NCBI GenBank assembly: GCA_046758365.1
Contig: JBHIAC010000001.1
Span: 64,001 to 128,000, forward strand
DNA length: 64,000 nucleotides
DNA from: a bacterium
GTDB lineage: Bacteria > Zhuqueibacterota > Zhuqueibacteria > Oceanimicrobiales > Oceanimicrobiaceae
Direction: 5' to 3'
This document shows, piece after piece, positions 49,701-57,465 of the stretch (the first letter of the stretch is position 1; every line of letters starts with the position of its first letter). Under the pieces are notes generated by a model. The model was not told where the DNA came from and searched no databases. It saw nothing but the letters and a program-made list of their open reading frames with translations. The position numbers and the translations under genes were made by a program.

Positions 49701-51324
49701 TCCAGTTGCAGGCGTTCATGCTGGATTTCAGGTCATTGAAGGAGGCGCCTCTATTGAAAGCGCAGAAAATGCCACCGATGCATCAGGAATTGCACGGGCG
49801 CAAGTTAGACTGCCTACATCCATTGGTACCGTAAAAGTCAAAGCTACTTCTAACGATTTACCAGATTTCTTTGTAACATTCTCGATATCTGTTGTATCTG
49901 GCCAAGCGGTATATATTGAACTGTTCGATGGCAATAATCAAACAGGTACAGTAGGTCGTGAATTAGTATTCCCTCTAGAACTCCGGGTAAATGATACCTA
50001 TGGAAATCCAGTATCGGGACATCAAGTGCAATGGGTGCCAACTCAAGGGAGTGGTAGTCTCAAATATCAAACAACTAGCACAGATGAAGATGGGATGACA
50101 GCAAACATTTTTACCTTGGGTGCCCAACCAGGAATAAATGAAGCTTATGCAATAGCTTCCACATTAAGTGGGTCGCCAATTATTTTCACGGCTACGGGAG
50201 TAATTAACAATTTCCCAGTATTTGTTGGATTAAATGATACATCTGTGGTAGAAGGAAACCTGCTGGAATTTCAGGTTAATGCAACCGACGATGACAGCGA
50301 TCCTATTACCTATGAAGCCGAGGATTTACCGCTTGGTGCGACTTTTAACCAAAGCGAAAGAACTTTCAATTGGACGCCAGGGGACCAACAATCTGGTGAG
50401 TATAAATTGACCTTTATTGCAAGAGATGACCAGGGTGGATTAGACGCTGAGACTATTACTATCACGGTAAAAAACAGTAACCATCCTCCGGTCTTAAGCG
50501 CTTGGAGTCCACAGGATTTCGACCTGGTATTTATCAAAGGCGTAACTATACTTTTCTCGGTAACTGCAACAGATGCAGATCAGGATGAGTTAACCTATAA
50601 ATGGGAAAAAGATGGGATGTGGGTTGCCTCAACTCCTCAATATGAATTCATCACAAGCCCCTTAGATCCTAAATCTTATATTATAACAGTAGAAGTCAGC
50701 GACAATCAAGATGTTGTTTCTCTTGAGTGGAAAATTGATATTGTCGTATCTGTTGAGCTTTCTAGCTTTCAAGCTCAATTTGACGGGTTCAACGGAGTTA
50801 AAATATCTTGGACTACAAGCCGGGAAATTGATAATCGCGGATATAATATACTGGGGAGCCTAACAAGGAATGGAGATTTCACCAAATTAAATGATGAATT
50901 GATTGCTTCAAATGACAAAGGCGTATATCATTTTATTGACTTAAATGTAGAGGTTGGCAGACGTTATTTTTATATTCTTGAAGATGTGGACATTCGAGGT
51001 GTAAAAACGCAACATGGTCCAATTTCAGTGGATATAACCGCACCAAAAAATTATGAATTGAGCCAGAACTATCCTAACCCATTTAATCCTGAAACTAAGA
51101 TACGGTATCAATTACCAGAAGCAGGTCAGGTTGTTGTTAAAATCTATAATCTCTTAGGACGTGAAGTTAAAACGCTTGTGAATGAACGTAAAGAAGCGGG
51201 ATTTCATGTTGTAACTTGGGATGCTAAAGATAATTTTGGTCGAGAAGTAAGTTCAGGAATTTATTATTATCGAATTATTGTTGGTACATTCCATCAAACT
51301 AACAAAATGGTTTTTATGAAATAG
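43711..51324 (+). CDS. 2537-aa secreted surface protein: SGNH hydrolase, duplicated beta domain, FN3, about 12 Ig-like repeats, CBM-like insert, cadherin/He_PIG-like domains, FlgD-Ig/T9SS-type C-terminal domain
   Basis: Signal peptide IFA|Q; GDSIT, IGTN, HPN; repeated SGDNQ.G...V.V.D..GNPV units; VELSSF; YELSQNYPNPFNPET...GIYYY...KM. Confidence 0.85.
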   Translation: MEVHAMLNLYSLGSRSILGAIIFLFFTSAIFAQYKIMPLGDSITRGEGSSADGGYRDDLDSLLTDAGELFNFVGTLSDTSGDHDRDHEGHDAWPADSVDFHINTLMNSYNPDIVLLHIGTNNISGDENTLLIINEISSIVDKIYNYDTSTIILLCSLIPRTDLTSRDEQTTALNQSIETLVYDKRTLGYIIYYVGQNEIFKSNNNWATDYMVNNLHPNDTGYNLMAQVFFNAILNAINSSGSIVTDNFNRTKLGITWVADPEYIIVNNQLSNTSAVDAWDFMAVYVTQINPKQVSFTWGVNADANGIDLGGFALMLNSPSPDADGYLVWRRTSDNRIDLWTIVNGVPDTPIAQTATSLPPPSAGDEFKIILSTDGSGHHFDCFINGSLDARISDLNKLQGNGATLYSGVYLRGNKNNDIDNFNIIQSSDETRPAAVIDLSVGLISATSIELTWKATGDDSLQGTASSYDLRYATTLITNENFPGATKVTGLPTPSGPSTPESFFVTNLQPNTTYYFALKVLDEANNASDISNVPTATTLSGFTFTDDFNNRSELGTDWNADPEYQIVSGELDNTSALDQWGFMAVYTARKNPLDVSIQWGSGADANGIDGGGFAIMLNSSSPDADGYLVWKKPTQQLYDLWTIVNGQPAQSITQVASTIPGPAAGGTFKVVPRSDDSGHHFDCFIDGQFDATISDVNKLQGNGSILYSGVMLRGGRNNNVDEFSLTYQVGNPTSLVKDFGDNQTGVVNTTLPDSLVVLVSDQNGNPVPNVGIDYTVTEGNGSVNVVATLDKIRVEAESGILTAPMQIAADPLASNGNYIWVPVGAGTNGVAEYSFDVPTDDTYVIWGRVIAPNGSEDSFFISMDGGPDVLWDVLQGLWQSDWTWDQVSDRGTGSSLNPEFDPKLFQLTAGTHNLKIKQRDAGTKIDKIIITSDLNFVPSGLEETSGLETDINGKAFAFLTLGTTAGNNSVQVSAAGLIPVTFTATGTADSAETIEKISGDDQIAPPGTLLPEPFVVELKDLYGNLVANFPVNWDVITGNGTLSSPSPVFTDENGQASDTLTMATNGPINEVLVTAPGVVGDSVIFRATAEPGDPATLVVLSGDDQVGQANQVLPESLSVKITDVIGTPKSNHPVTFEVKSGGGTLNDSLSIITRNANGNGIAEVSWTLGPELGAQNTVEVSSSFNGNPLNNSPHTFQATALAPSILAKESGDNQTGTANKALSQPFEVKVTSNDGTPVAGVEVTFTVTGGGGNFSGTSSTIVFTNDLGIAETTLTLGPTPGATNTAQATASFDSNPLVGSPIDFTATSAVPQTLVRVSEDTLNGPVNSSLSDSVKVQVLDALDQPLENWDVIFAVTMGGGNVNGSTIDTVQTDANGIAGAEWTLGGVAGDYNNKLQASATFNSQPLGSPIEFVASAEPGTATDLVKVSGDSLNGVIQNPLPEPFVVQVTDGSNPIVGWSVTFTVIEGGGNINGSQSVVVPTNASGEASATLTLGNISGLWNNVVEAAAENGDPLNGSPIRFVATAAANNASKLIYVAGNNQNGQAGESLPQQVQVKVTDNQDNPISGHPVTFKVTKGGGTINGLLSSDTLDVVPTNESGIASVTWYLGGTIGTNSQALEINANDGVNDLDGSPMTILASATAGPVDPDASYLESNVSQLPADGQTTATITVAFTDKFGNPVEGKAVNIISTGSFNIINNPASLTDENGQAVGTIASTKAEVKSISARNVSDGFDLNTTINVEFLPLDPDKIEESSGNGQIANIGTALENPIVVIVKDVNNNPVPDVSVEILVNDGGGFILNESSPPQGALGKFSVAILTDSEGKASANWVLGPNPGTNTAEARVTGLTGSPVVFTANGVNATATNMESYSGDNQEGVMAGRTLPDPLKVRVTDANGKPVWNVPVTFTITLGGGSLSNENAVTDYQGIAQTNLTLGPTVGTNMVEASNASLSGSPVTFFFVSVEGTPAILTAFEGDGGSGAVNSLYPISIKITDIHENPVAGVHAGFQVIEGGASIESAENATDASGIARAQVRLPTSIGTVKVKATSNDLPDFFVTFSISVVSGQAVYIELFDGNNQTGTVGRELVFPLELRVNDTYGNPVSGHQVQWVPTQGSGSLKYQTTSTDEDGMTANIFTLGAQPGINEAYAIASTLSGSPIIFTATGVINNFPVFVGLNDTSVVEGNLLEFQVNATDDDSDPITYEAEDLPLGATFNQSERTFNWTPGDQQSGEYKLTFIARDDQGGLDAETITITVKNSNHPPVLSAWSPQDFDLVFIKGVTILFSVTATDADQDELTYKWEKDGMWVASTPQYEFITSPLDPKSYIITVEVSDNQDVVSLEWKIDIVVSVELSSFQAQFDGFNGVKISWTTSREIDNRGYNILGSLTRNGDFTKLNDELIASNDKGVYHFIDLNVEVGRRYFYILEDVDIRGVKTQHGPISVDITAPKNYELSQNYPNPFNPETKIRYQLPEAGQVVVKIYNLLGREVKTLVNERKEAGFHVVTWDAKDNFGREVSSGIYYYRIIVGTFHQTNKMVFMK

Positions 51325-51479
51325 GGATAAATATCCTACATAATCTTGCATTCAGAATGAATATACTGAATGATCCTAGTTTGTTTAATATGAGCCCACA
51401 GTGTCAAACTACCTAGTATCCTGTTTGATGAAATCCTCCCATCAATAACTCAGGTTTTACCCGGCCGCAGCTATTTCTA

Positions 51480-51508
51480 TTGACATTTCATAGTATAAAT
51501 ATTATATT
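51480..51508 (+). promoter_or_regulatory. Sigma70-type promoter for carAB
   Basis: TTGACA (51480-51485), 17-nt spacer, TATATT (51503-51508). Confidence 0.75.
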
Positions 51509-51517
51509 AGCAAGGCC

Positions 51518-51667
51518 ATTGTAAAATTCAACTAAGTCATGTAAATCGAACCGAAATCGTCATTCTCGAGTGATTTTATCGGGAATCGTGTGCTTAAATT
51601 ACTGATGGATTCCTGCTTACAACTTACGGGAATGACATTCATAGAGCAAATATGTTAAATTTACAAT
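51518..51667. repeat. Nested palindromic REP/dRS3-like element in the carA leader
   Basis: GTCATTCTCG...CGGGAATC and GGATTCCTG...CGGGAATGAC (51559-51636), enclosed by the outer IR ATTGTAAAATTCAAC / GTTAAATTTACAAT. Confidence 0.7.
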
Positions 51668-51731
51668 AGTTTAGATAGTAATTTTTAATTACTTTACTAG
51701 CGTTGTAGATTTTTCAAAGAGAATTGTATTT

Positions 51732-52793
51732 ATGATTGTAAAACTTATTTTAGAAGATGGCTCAATTTTTGATGGAAAGTCCTTTGGCAGTCCTAAATCA
51801 ACTTCAGGGGAAGTCGTTTTTAATACTGGGATGGTGGGATATCCTGAGTGTTTAACGGATCCATCTTATGAGGGTCAAATTCTTATTTTAACCTATCCCT
51901 TAATCGGAAACTATGGCGTTCCTCCTCCCAATGAGCAAAAGAATGTACTTTTGGAACAGGATTTTGAGTCGGATAGAATTCATATATCTGGACTGGTGGT
52001 TTCTGAGTATTCATTAAATTACAGTCACTGGAGAGGTCATTCGAACATCGATGCCTGGTTGAAAACCCATCAGGTACCCGGTATCAGTGGAATTGATACC
52101 CGATTACTCACCCAGAAAATGCGAGATCAAGGAGCTATGCTTGGCAAAATAGTTGTGCAAGAAAAAGACATAGAATTTTTTGACCCAAATCTTGTAAATT
52201 TGGTAACCAGAGTTTCCCCTAAGAAGCCTGTTAATTATGGAACCGGCAAAAAAAGAATTTTGCTTATTGAATGCGGATGTAAATTTAACATCATTAGATC
52301 CCTTCTGAATAGAAATATTTCAGTTAAAATTGTGCCCTGGGATTGGGATATTTCCAAGGAACAGTTTGATGGCCTTGTGATTTCCAATGGTCCGGGGGAT
52401 CCCAAAATGTGCATTGAAACAATTCAAAATGTCCGTAAAGCTTTAGAAGATGAGGTACCCACGTTTGGGATTTGCCTTGGCAATCAAATTTTAGCCTTGG
52501 CGGCTGGTGCAGACACCTATAAACTAAAATATGGCCATCGCAGTCAAAATCAACCCTGTATTCTTGTGGGTAGCAAACGCTGCTTTATCACTTCTCAAAA
52601 TCACGGGTATGCCGTTGACGAAAATACTTTACCGGTGGATTGGGAACCGTGGTTTTTTAACGCCAATGACGGCACTAATGAAGGGATTCGTCATCGTAGT
52701 AAACCATTTATGAGTGTGCAATTTCACCCAGAGGCCTGTCCTGGGCCTGTGGATACCAGCTTTCTTTTTGATGAATTTATTGCACTGCTTTAG
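51732..52793 (+). CDS. carA: Carbamoyl-phosphate synthase small subunit
   Basis: GEVVFNTGM.GY, SNGPGDP, GICLG, ITSQNHG, QFHPE. Confidence 0.97.
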   Translation: MIVKLILEDGSIFDGKSFGSPKSTSGEVVFNTGMVGYPECLTDPSYEGQILILTYPLIGNYGVPPPNEQKNVLLEQDFESDRIHISGLVVSEYSLNYSHWRGHSNIDAWLKTHQVPGISGIDTRLLTQKMRDQGAMLGKIVVQEKDIEFFDPNLVNLVTRVSPKKPVNYGTGKKRILLIECGCKFNIIRSLLNRNISVKIVPWDWDISKEQFDGLVISNGPGDPKMCIETIQNVRKALEDEVPTFGICLGNQILALAAGADTYKLKYGHRSQNQPCILVGSKRCFITSQNHGYAVDENTLPVDWEPWFFNANDGTNEGIRHRSKPFMSVQFHPEACPGPVDTSFLFDEFIALL

Positions 52794-52856
52794 ATAGGAT
52801 ACACTTTGTTCGTGGGGGATTTTCTGGTGAGCTAAGCAATGGGCTTAATAGAAAAC

Positions 52857-53026
52857 AAATTCGAAGTACGAAATCCGAAATTCGAAACAAATACGAATGA
52901 CCAAAATACAAAACTCCAAACTATTTGATTAGCAGAATTAGCTTTTACGGAGTTAGAAAATGTTTTGAACATTAACTATTCGAAATTTGAATTTGTTTCG
53001 GATTTCGATATTCGATTTTCGGATTT
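52857..53026. repeat. Heptamer-periodic inverted-repeat element between carA and carB
   Basis: Left AAATTCG-AAGTACG-AAATCCG-AAATTCG-AAACAAA (from 52857); the right arm 52985-53026 reverse-complements to AAATCCG-AAAATCG-AATATCG-AAATCCG-AAACAAA. Confidence 0.85.
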
Positions 53027-53063
53027 ATTCTTCGGTGTTTAATTTACAAATTTGGGTTTAATT

Positions 53064-56000
53064 ATGGGAATAAATGCAAAGAAAGTCTTAGTTTTGGGTA
53101 GTTCTGCCCTTAAAATTGGTGAAGCAGGTGAATTTGATTATTCTGGAAGTCAGGCGATTAAAGCGTTAAAAATGGCTGGAATTCAAACCGTATTGGTGAA
53201 TCCCAACATTGCCACGATTCAAACATCTGAACACCTGGCCGATAAAGTATATTTTCTTCCGGTTAACGCCTACTTTGTGGAAAAAGTTATTGAAAAAGAA
53301 CAACCCGATGCAATATTGTTGGCCTTTGGTGGTCAGACTGCCCTTAATTGTGGTCTTGAATTGGACAAACAAGGCATTATTGAGAAACACGACATTAAAA
53401 TCCTGGGGAGTCCCCTTTCGGCCATAAAAGATACTGAGGATCGAGGACTTTTTGTGCAGCGTCTCAAGGAGATAGACGTGAAAGTGCCATGCAGTGTGGC
53501 CGTGCATTCAACAGAAGAAGCGGTGGCGACGGCTTCAAAGATCGGATACCCTGTGATGATACGCATCGCCTTTGCCTTAGGGGGACTGGGTTCTGGTATT
53601 TGCTCTTCTGAAACCGAGGTCAGGGAACTAGCCGATAAGGCTTTTTCTTACACTAACCAAATACTAATTGAAGAATATCTTGAAGGCTGGAAAGAAGTTG
53701 AATACGAAGTAGTGCGAGATATCCATGATAATTGTATCACTGTTTGTAATATGGAGAATTTCGACCCGTTAGGTATTCACACAGGGGAGAGTATTGTGGT
53801 AGCACCCAGCCAGACCTTGAATAACCATGAATATCACAGGCTGCGCGAAATTTCCATTAGGGTGATTCGAAATATTGGTATTGTTGGTGAATGTAATATC
53901 CAATTTGCTTTAAATCCTCGAACTGGAGATTATTGTGTCATCGAAGTGAATGCCCGTCTTTCTCGTAGTTCCGCTCTGGCTTCTAAAGCAACAGGTTATC
54001 CATTAGCTTTCATTGCGGCTAATTTAGCTTTAGGTTTTGGATTAACCGATTTAAAAAATTCTATTACCCAATCAACCATGGCTTGCTTTGAACCCGCATT
54101 GGACTATGTGGTTGTGAAAATTCCTCGATGGGATTTGAAGAAATTCCGCAGAGTTTCTACGCGCATTGGCTCTGGAATGAAGTCTGTTGGCGAAGTGATG
54201 GCCATCGGTCGATCGTTTGAGGAAGCTTTACAGAAAGCTTTGCGAATGCTGGATATTGGTGTCTTTGGGTTAATAGGGAATGATCATCTAAGATTTGAGG
54301 ATTTAAAAAATGAACTTACTAATCCTACGGATGAACGTATCTTTGCCATTGCTCAAGCCCTAAAGTCGGGTTTTACCATTGATGAAGTCCATAAATTGAC
54401 CAATATTGACCAATGGTTTCTTTATAAGGTTAAGCATATTTTAGAAGTAGAAGATTCTCTGCAACAATATGCTAATGGGTTATGTCCTAAAGGTACTTTA
54501 CTGGAGTCAAAACGTGCTGGCTTTTCTGATTATCAAATAGCTAAGATTTTAAATTGTCAAGAAGATGAAGTTCGTGGGATGCGGAAAAATTACGGCTTGA
54601 AACCGTGTGTTAAACAGATCGATACCTTGGCCGCCGAATATCCGGCTCAGACAAACTACTTGTATCTTACCTATAATGGTATTTCTGATGACATCGAATT
54701 TCAGCACAAAAATTCTGTCATGGTATTAGGCTCTGGTGTATATCGAATTGGCAGTTCCGTAGAATTTGACTGGTGCTGTGTTAATGCAGTCATGACTTTG
54801 AGAAAAATGGGTTATCAAACCATTTTAATTAATTATAATCCGGAGACCGTGAGTACCGATTATGATGAATGCGATCGCCTCTATTTTGATGAGCTTAGCT
54901 TCGAGACTATATATGAGATTTATGAGAAAGAAAAGCCCAAGGGAATAGTTATTTCTATGGGTGGACAAATTCCCAATAATTTAGCCTTGAAGTTTCATCT
55001 AGCCGGCATGAACGTTTTGGGAACTTCTTCGGAAAACATAGACAAAGCAGAGGACCGGCATAAATTTTCAACCCTTTTAGATCAACTTAAGATTGATCAA
55101 CCGGAATGGAAAGAACTCGTTTCTCTGAAGGAAGCCAAAGCCTTTGCGGAAAAGGTTCAGTATCCGGTTCTGGTAAGACCCTCTTATGTTCTAAGCGGGG
55201 CAGCTATGGGCGTGGCTTCCACAGATGCGGAGCTAACCAATTTTCTTGAAAGAGCAATGAAGATCTCTCGAGAATATCCTGTGGTGATTAGTAAATTTTT
55301 GGTTGATGCCAAGGAAATTGAATTAGATGGAGTAGCAAAAGATGGTGAGTTAGTCGTCTACGCGATTTCTGAGCATGTGGAGAATGCAGGGGTCCATTCT
55401 GGAGATGCCACATTGGTATTACCACCCCAGAGGACCTACATCGAGACGATACGTAAAGTGCGCACCATTTCAAAGAAAATTGCCCAAGCATTGAGAATTA
55501 CCGGCCCTTTTAATATTCAGTTCATCGCTAAAGATAATGATGTGAAAGTCATCGAATGCAATCTGCGGGCTTCAAGAAGCTTTCCTTTTGTTTCAAAAGT
55601 CTACAAAATTAATTTTATTGAAATTGCTACCAGAATTCTGATGGATGCGCAGGTGGGAAAAAGCCACAAGTCCTTAATGGAACTTGAATATGTGGGTGTA
55701 AAAGCCCCACAGTTTTCTTTCACGCGTTTGCAAGGCGCAGATCCCACCTTGGGGGTGGAGATGGCTTCCACGGGTGAAGTCGGTTGTTTGGGAGATGACT
55801 TTGAAGAGGCATTTCTAAAAGCCTTAAATTCTGTTGGATTTAAATTGCCAATAAGAACAATATTAATTTCCACCGGTCCACTTGAAAATAAAGCTGAATT
55901 TATTTCAAGTGCAAAATTGCTGAAAAACCTTGGAGTACAAATTTATGCCACCCGAGGAACATCTCACTTCATGAGACAGTACGGTATAGACACGGAAATA

Positions 56001-56252
56001 TTAAACTGGCCCTTGGAAAAAAAGCGCCCGAATGTTTTAGATTATATCCGAGATAGGAAGATAGATTTGGTCATTAATATTCCTAAAAATTACCAAGAGG
56101 AGGAACTTACCAACGATTATATCATCCGTAGGAAAGCGGTGGATTTTGGCATACCATTGATCACGAATCTGCAGCTTGCCCGAAGATTTGTTGAAGCCAT
56201 GGCAAGAAAACCTCTATCTGAATTGCGAATTAAGAGCTGGAATGATTATTAA
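53064..56252 (+). CDS. carB: Carbamoyl-phosphate synthase large subunit
   Basis: GEFDYSG.QA, NPNIAT, SRSSALASKATG, EFDWC, NPETVSTD, EHVENAGVHSGD, C-terminal MGS domain. Confidence 0.97.
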   Translation: MGINAKKVLVLGSSALKIGEAGEFDYSGSQAIKALKMAGIQTVLVNPNIATIQTSEHLADKVYFLPVNAYFVEKVIEKEQPDAILLAFGGQTALNCGLELDKQGIIEKHDIKILGSPLSAIKDTEDRGLFVQRLKEIDVKVPCSVAVHSTEEAVATASKIGYPVMIRIAFALGGLGSGICSSETEVRELADKAFSYTNQILIEEYLEGWKEVEYEVVRDIHDNCITVCNMENFDPLGIHTGESIVVAPSQTLNNHEYHRLREISIRVIRNIGIVGECNIQFALNPRTGDYCVIEVNARLSRSSALASKATGYPLAFIAANLALGFGLTDLKNSITQSTMACFEPALDYVVVKIPRWDLKKFRRVSTRIGSGMKSVGEVMAIGRSFEEALQKALRMLDIGVFGLIGNDHLRFEDLKNELTNPTDERIFAIAQALKSGFTIDEVHKLTNIDQWFLYKVKHILEVEDSLQQYANGLCPKGTLLESKRAGFSDYQIAKILNCQEDEVRGMRKNYGLKPCVKQIDTLAAEYPAQTNYLYLTYNGISDDIEFQHKNSVMVLGSGVYRIGSSVEFDWCCVNAVMTLRKMGYQTILINYNPETVSTDYDECDRLYFDELSFETIYEIYEKEKPKGIVISMGGQIPNNLALKFHLAGMNVLGTSSENIDKAEDRHKFSTLLDQLKIDQPEWKELVSLKEAKAFAEKVQYPVLVRPSYVLSGAAMGVASTDAELTNFLERAMKISREYPVVISKFLVDAKEIELDGVAKDGELVVYAISEHVENAGVHSGDATLVLPPQRTYIETIRKVRTISKKIAQALRITGPFNIQFIAKDNDVKVIECNLRASRSFPFVSKVYKINFIEIATRILMDAQVGKSHKSLMELEYVGVKAPQFSFTRLQGADPTLGVEMASTGEVGCLGDDFEEAFLKALNSVGFKLPIRTILISTGPLENKAEFISSAKLLKNLGVQIYATRGTSHFMRQYGIDTEILNWPLEKKRPNVLDYIRDRKIDLVINIPKNYQEEELTNDYIIRRKAVDFGIPLITNLQLARRFVEAMARKPLSELRIKSWNDY

Positions 56253-56396
56253 TCGTAATGATTTAGAAGCGTGTACCTGTTTTATATTTTAATCATGCGC
56301 TCGATCCTTACCTCAAGCGGTTGGACTTTGCGATCGATTCCTTTCTCTTGGTTTTGTAATTACACCTAATCACTCAATTATATACCAAAATTTTGC

Positions 56397-56424
56397 TTGA
56401 CATTTATTCGAATATTGTTAAACT
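56397..56424 (+). promoter_or_regulatory. Sigma70-type promoter (extended -10) for usp-antiporter-nuo
   Basis: TTGACA (56397-56402), 16-nt spacer, TGn-TAAACT (56416-56424). Confidence 0.6.
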
Positions 56425-56519
56425 TAGACTTCGGCAAAATAAGGGAATTCTTCTAATCCTTTGTTCTCTAATTTCCTTGAAATTGTAAACATAAATTTGA
56501 TCAGACAAACGGAGCTTGT

Positions 56520-57347
56520 ATGTATAGAAGCATTTTGGTTCCAATAGAGGGTACCGATTATTCAATGGCTGCCACTCATTTTGCAGTTCAAATTGCAAAA
56601 GAGTATGGTATTCAATTAAGCGGTATGGCTGTAATTGATAAACCAGATATCGAAAAATCGTTAGGCCCAGTGCCTTTGGGCGGCATGTACTATGCCCTTA
56701 AGGCGGAGGAAAAGAAATTAAGCGAAGCCGAAGCAAAAGCTCGTAATCTCGTTGATGAATTTTCAAAAGTGTGTAAAAAAGAAGGAGTGGCATTTCATTT
56801 AATCGTTCGAGAAGGTGAACCCGTAGAGGTTATTTCAGATGAGGCCAAATATCACGACATTGCGGTGATGGGTTTAAAGACTCTATTCAAATATGGAGCA
56901 AAAGGAGACGATAATACTTTGGAAGGATATTTAAGCCATGCGGCCCAACCCGTTATTGCTGTACCTAAGGGTTACAAAACCGTCAAAAAAATTTTAATCG
57001 CCTATGATGGTGCATTACCTTCGGCACGGGCCATTCATAGTTTTGTTCAAGTTGGAATTTGGAATGACCGACAGGTAACGCTTCTCAATGTAAATGAGAA
57101 TAAAGAGGAAGGGGATGTGCTCTTAGAACGTATGAGTCATTTTCTCGAGGCTTACCAAATAAAGTTTGATAAAGTGCATGCATACGGTAAACCTGAAGAA
57201 GTCATTTTAAACTTTACAAAAGAAAAGAATTTTGACCTCATTGTTTTAGGAGCCCATAGTAAAGTTAGAATTACCAGATTTCTTTTTGGAGATACCACCA
57301 AAGTAATTTTGGCAAAGGCAGATACGCCTCTTTTTCTTGACCATTAA
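56520..57347 (+). CDS. Universal stress protein (tandem USP domains)
   Basis: ILVPIEG, ILIAYDG, DLIVLGAHS....LFGDTT..IL. Confidence 0.9.
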   Translation: MYRSILVPIEGTDYSMAATHFAVQIAKEYGIQLSGMAVIDKPDIEKSLGPVPLGGMYYALKAEEKKLSEAEAKARNLVDEFSKVCKKEGVAFHLIVREGEPVEVISDEAKYHDIAVMGLKTLFKYGAKGDDNTLEGYLSHAAQPVIAVPKGYKTVKKILIAYDGALPSARAIHSFVQVGIWNDRQVTLLNVNENKEEGDVLLERMSHFLEAYQIKFDKVHAYGKPEEVILNFTKEKNFDLIVLGAHSKVRITRFLFGDTTKVILAKADTPLFLDH

Positions 57348-57349
57348 TC

Positions 57350-57452
57350 AAAAGCTAACCTTCTTACATGATGAAAAATACTTTGATAATTAATGATTTA
57401 CACAATTTCTTCAAATACATATTTTAATTTAAGTTAAAAGAGGTTAGCTTTT
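57350..57452. mobile_element. MITE-like 103-bp element, copy 2
   Basis: AAAAGCTAACCT...AGGTTAGCTTTT termini; aligns end to end with 17730-17834. Confidence 0.7.
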
Positions 57453-57465
57453 TTAGGGATACTAC

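Noticed and set aside
51325..51375. Intrinsic terminator after the giant gene
   Set aside because: Only weak AT-rich stems (GGATA/TATCC, CATTCAG/CTGAATG) without a clear adjacent U-tract
51510..51731. PyrR attenuator or riboswitch upstream of carA
   Set aside because: No PyrR-binding consensus and no terminator hairpin with a U-tract recognised
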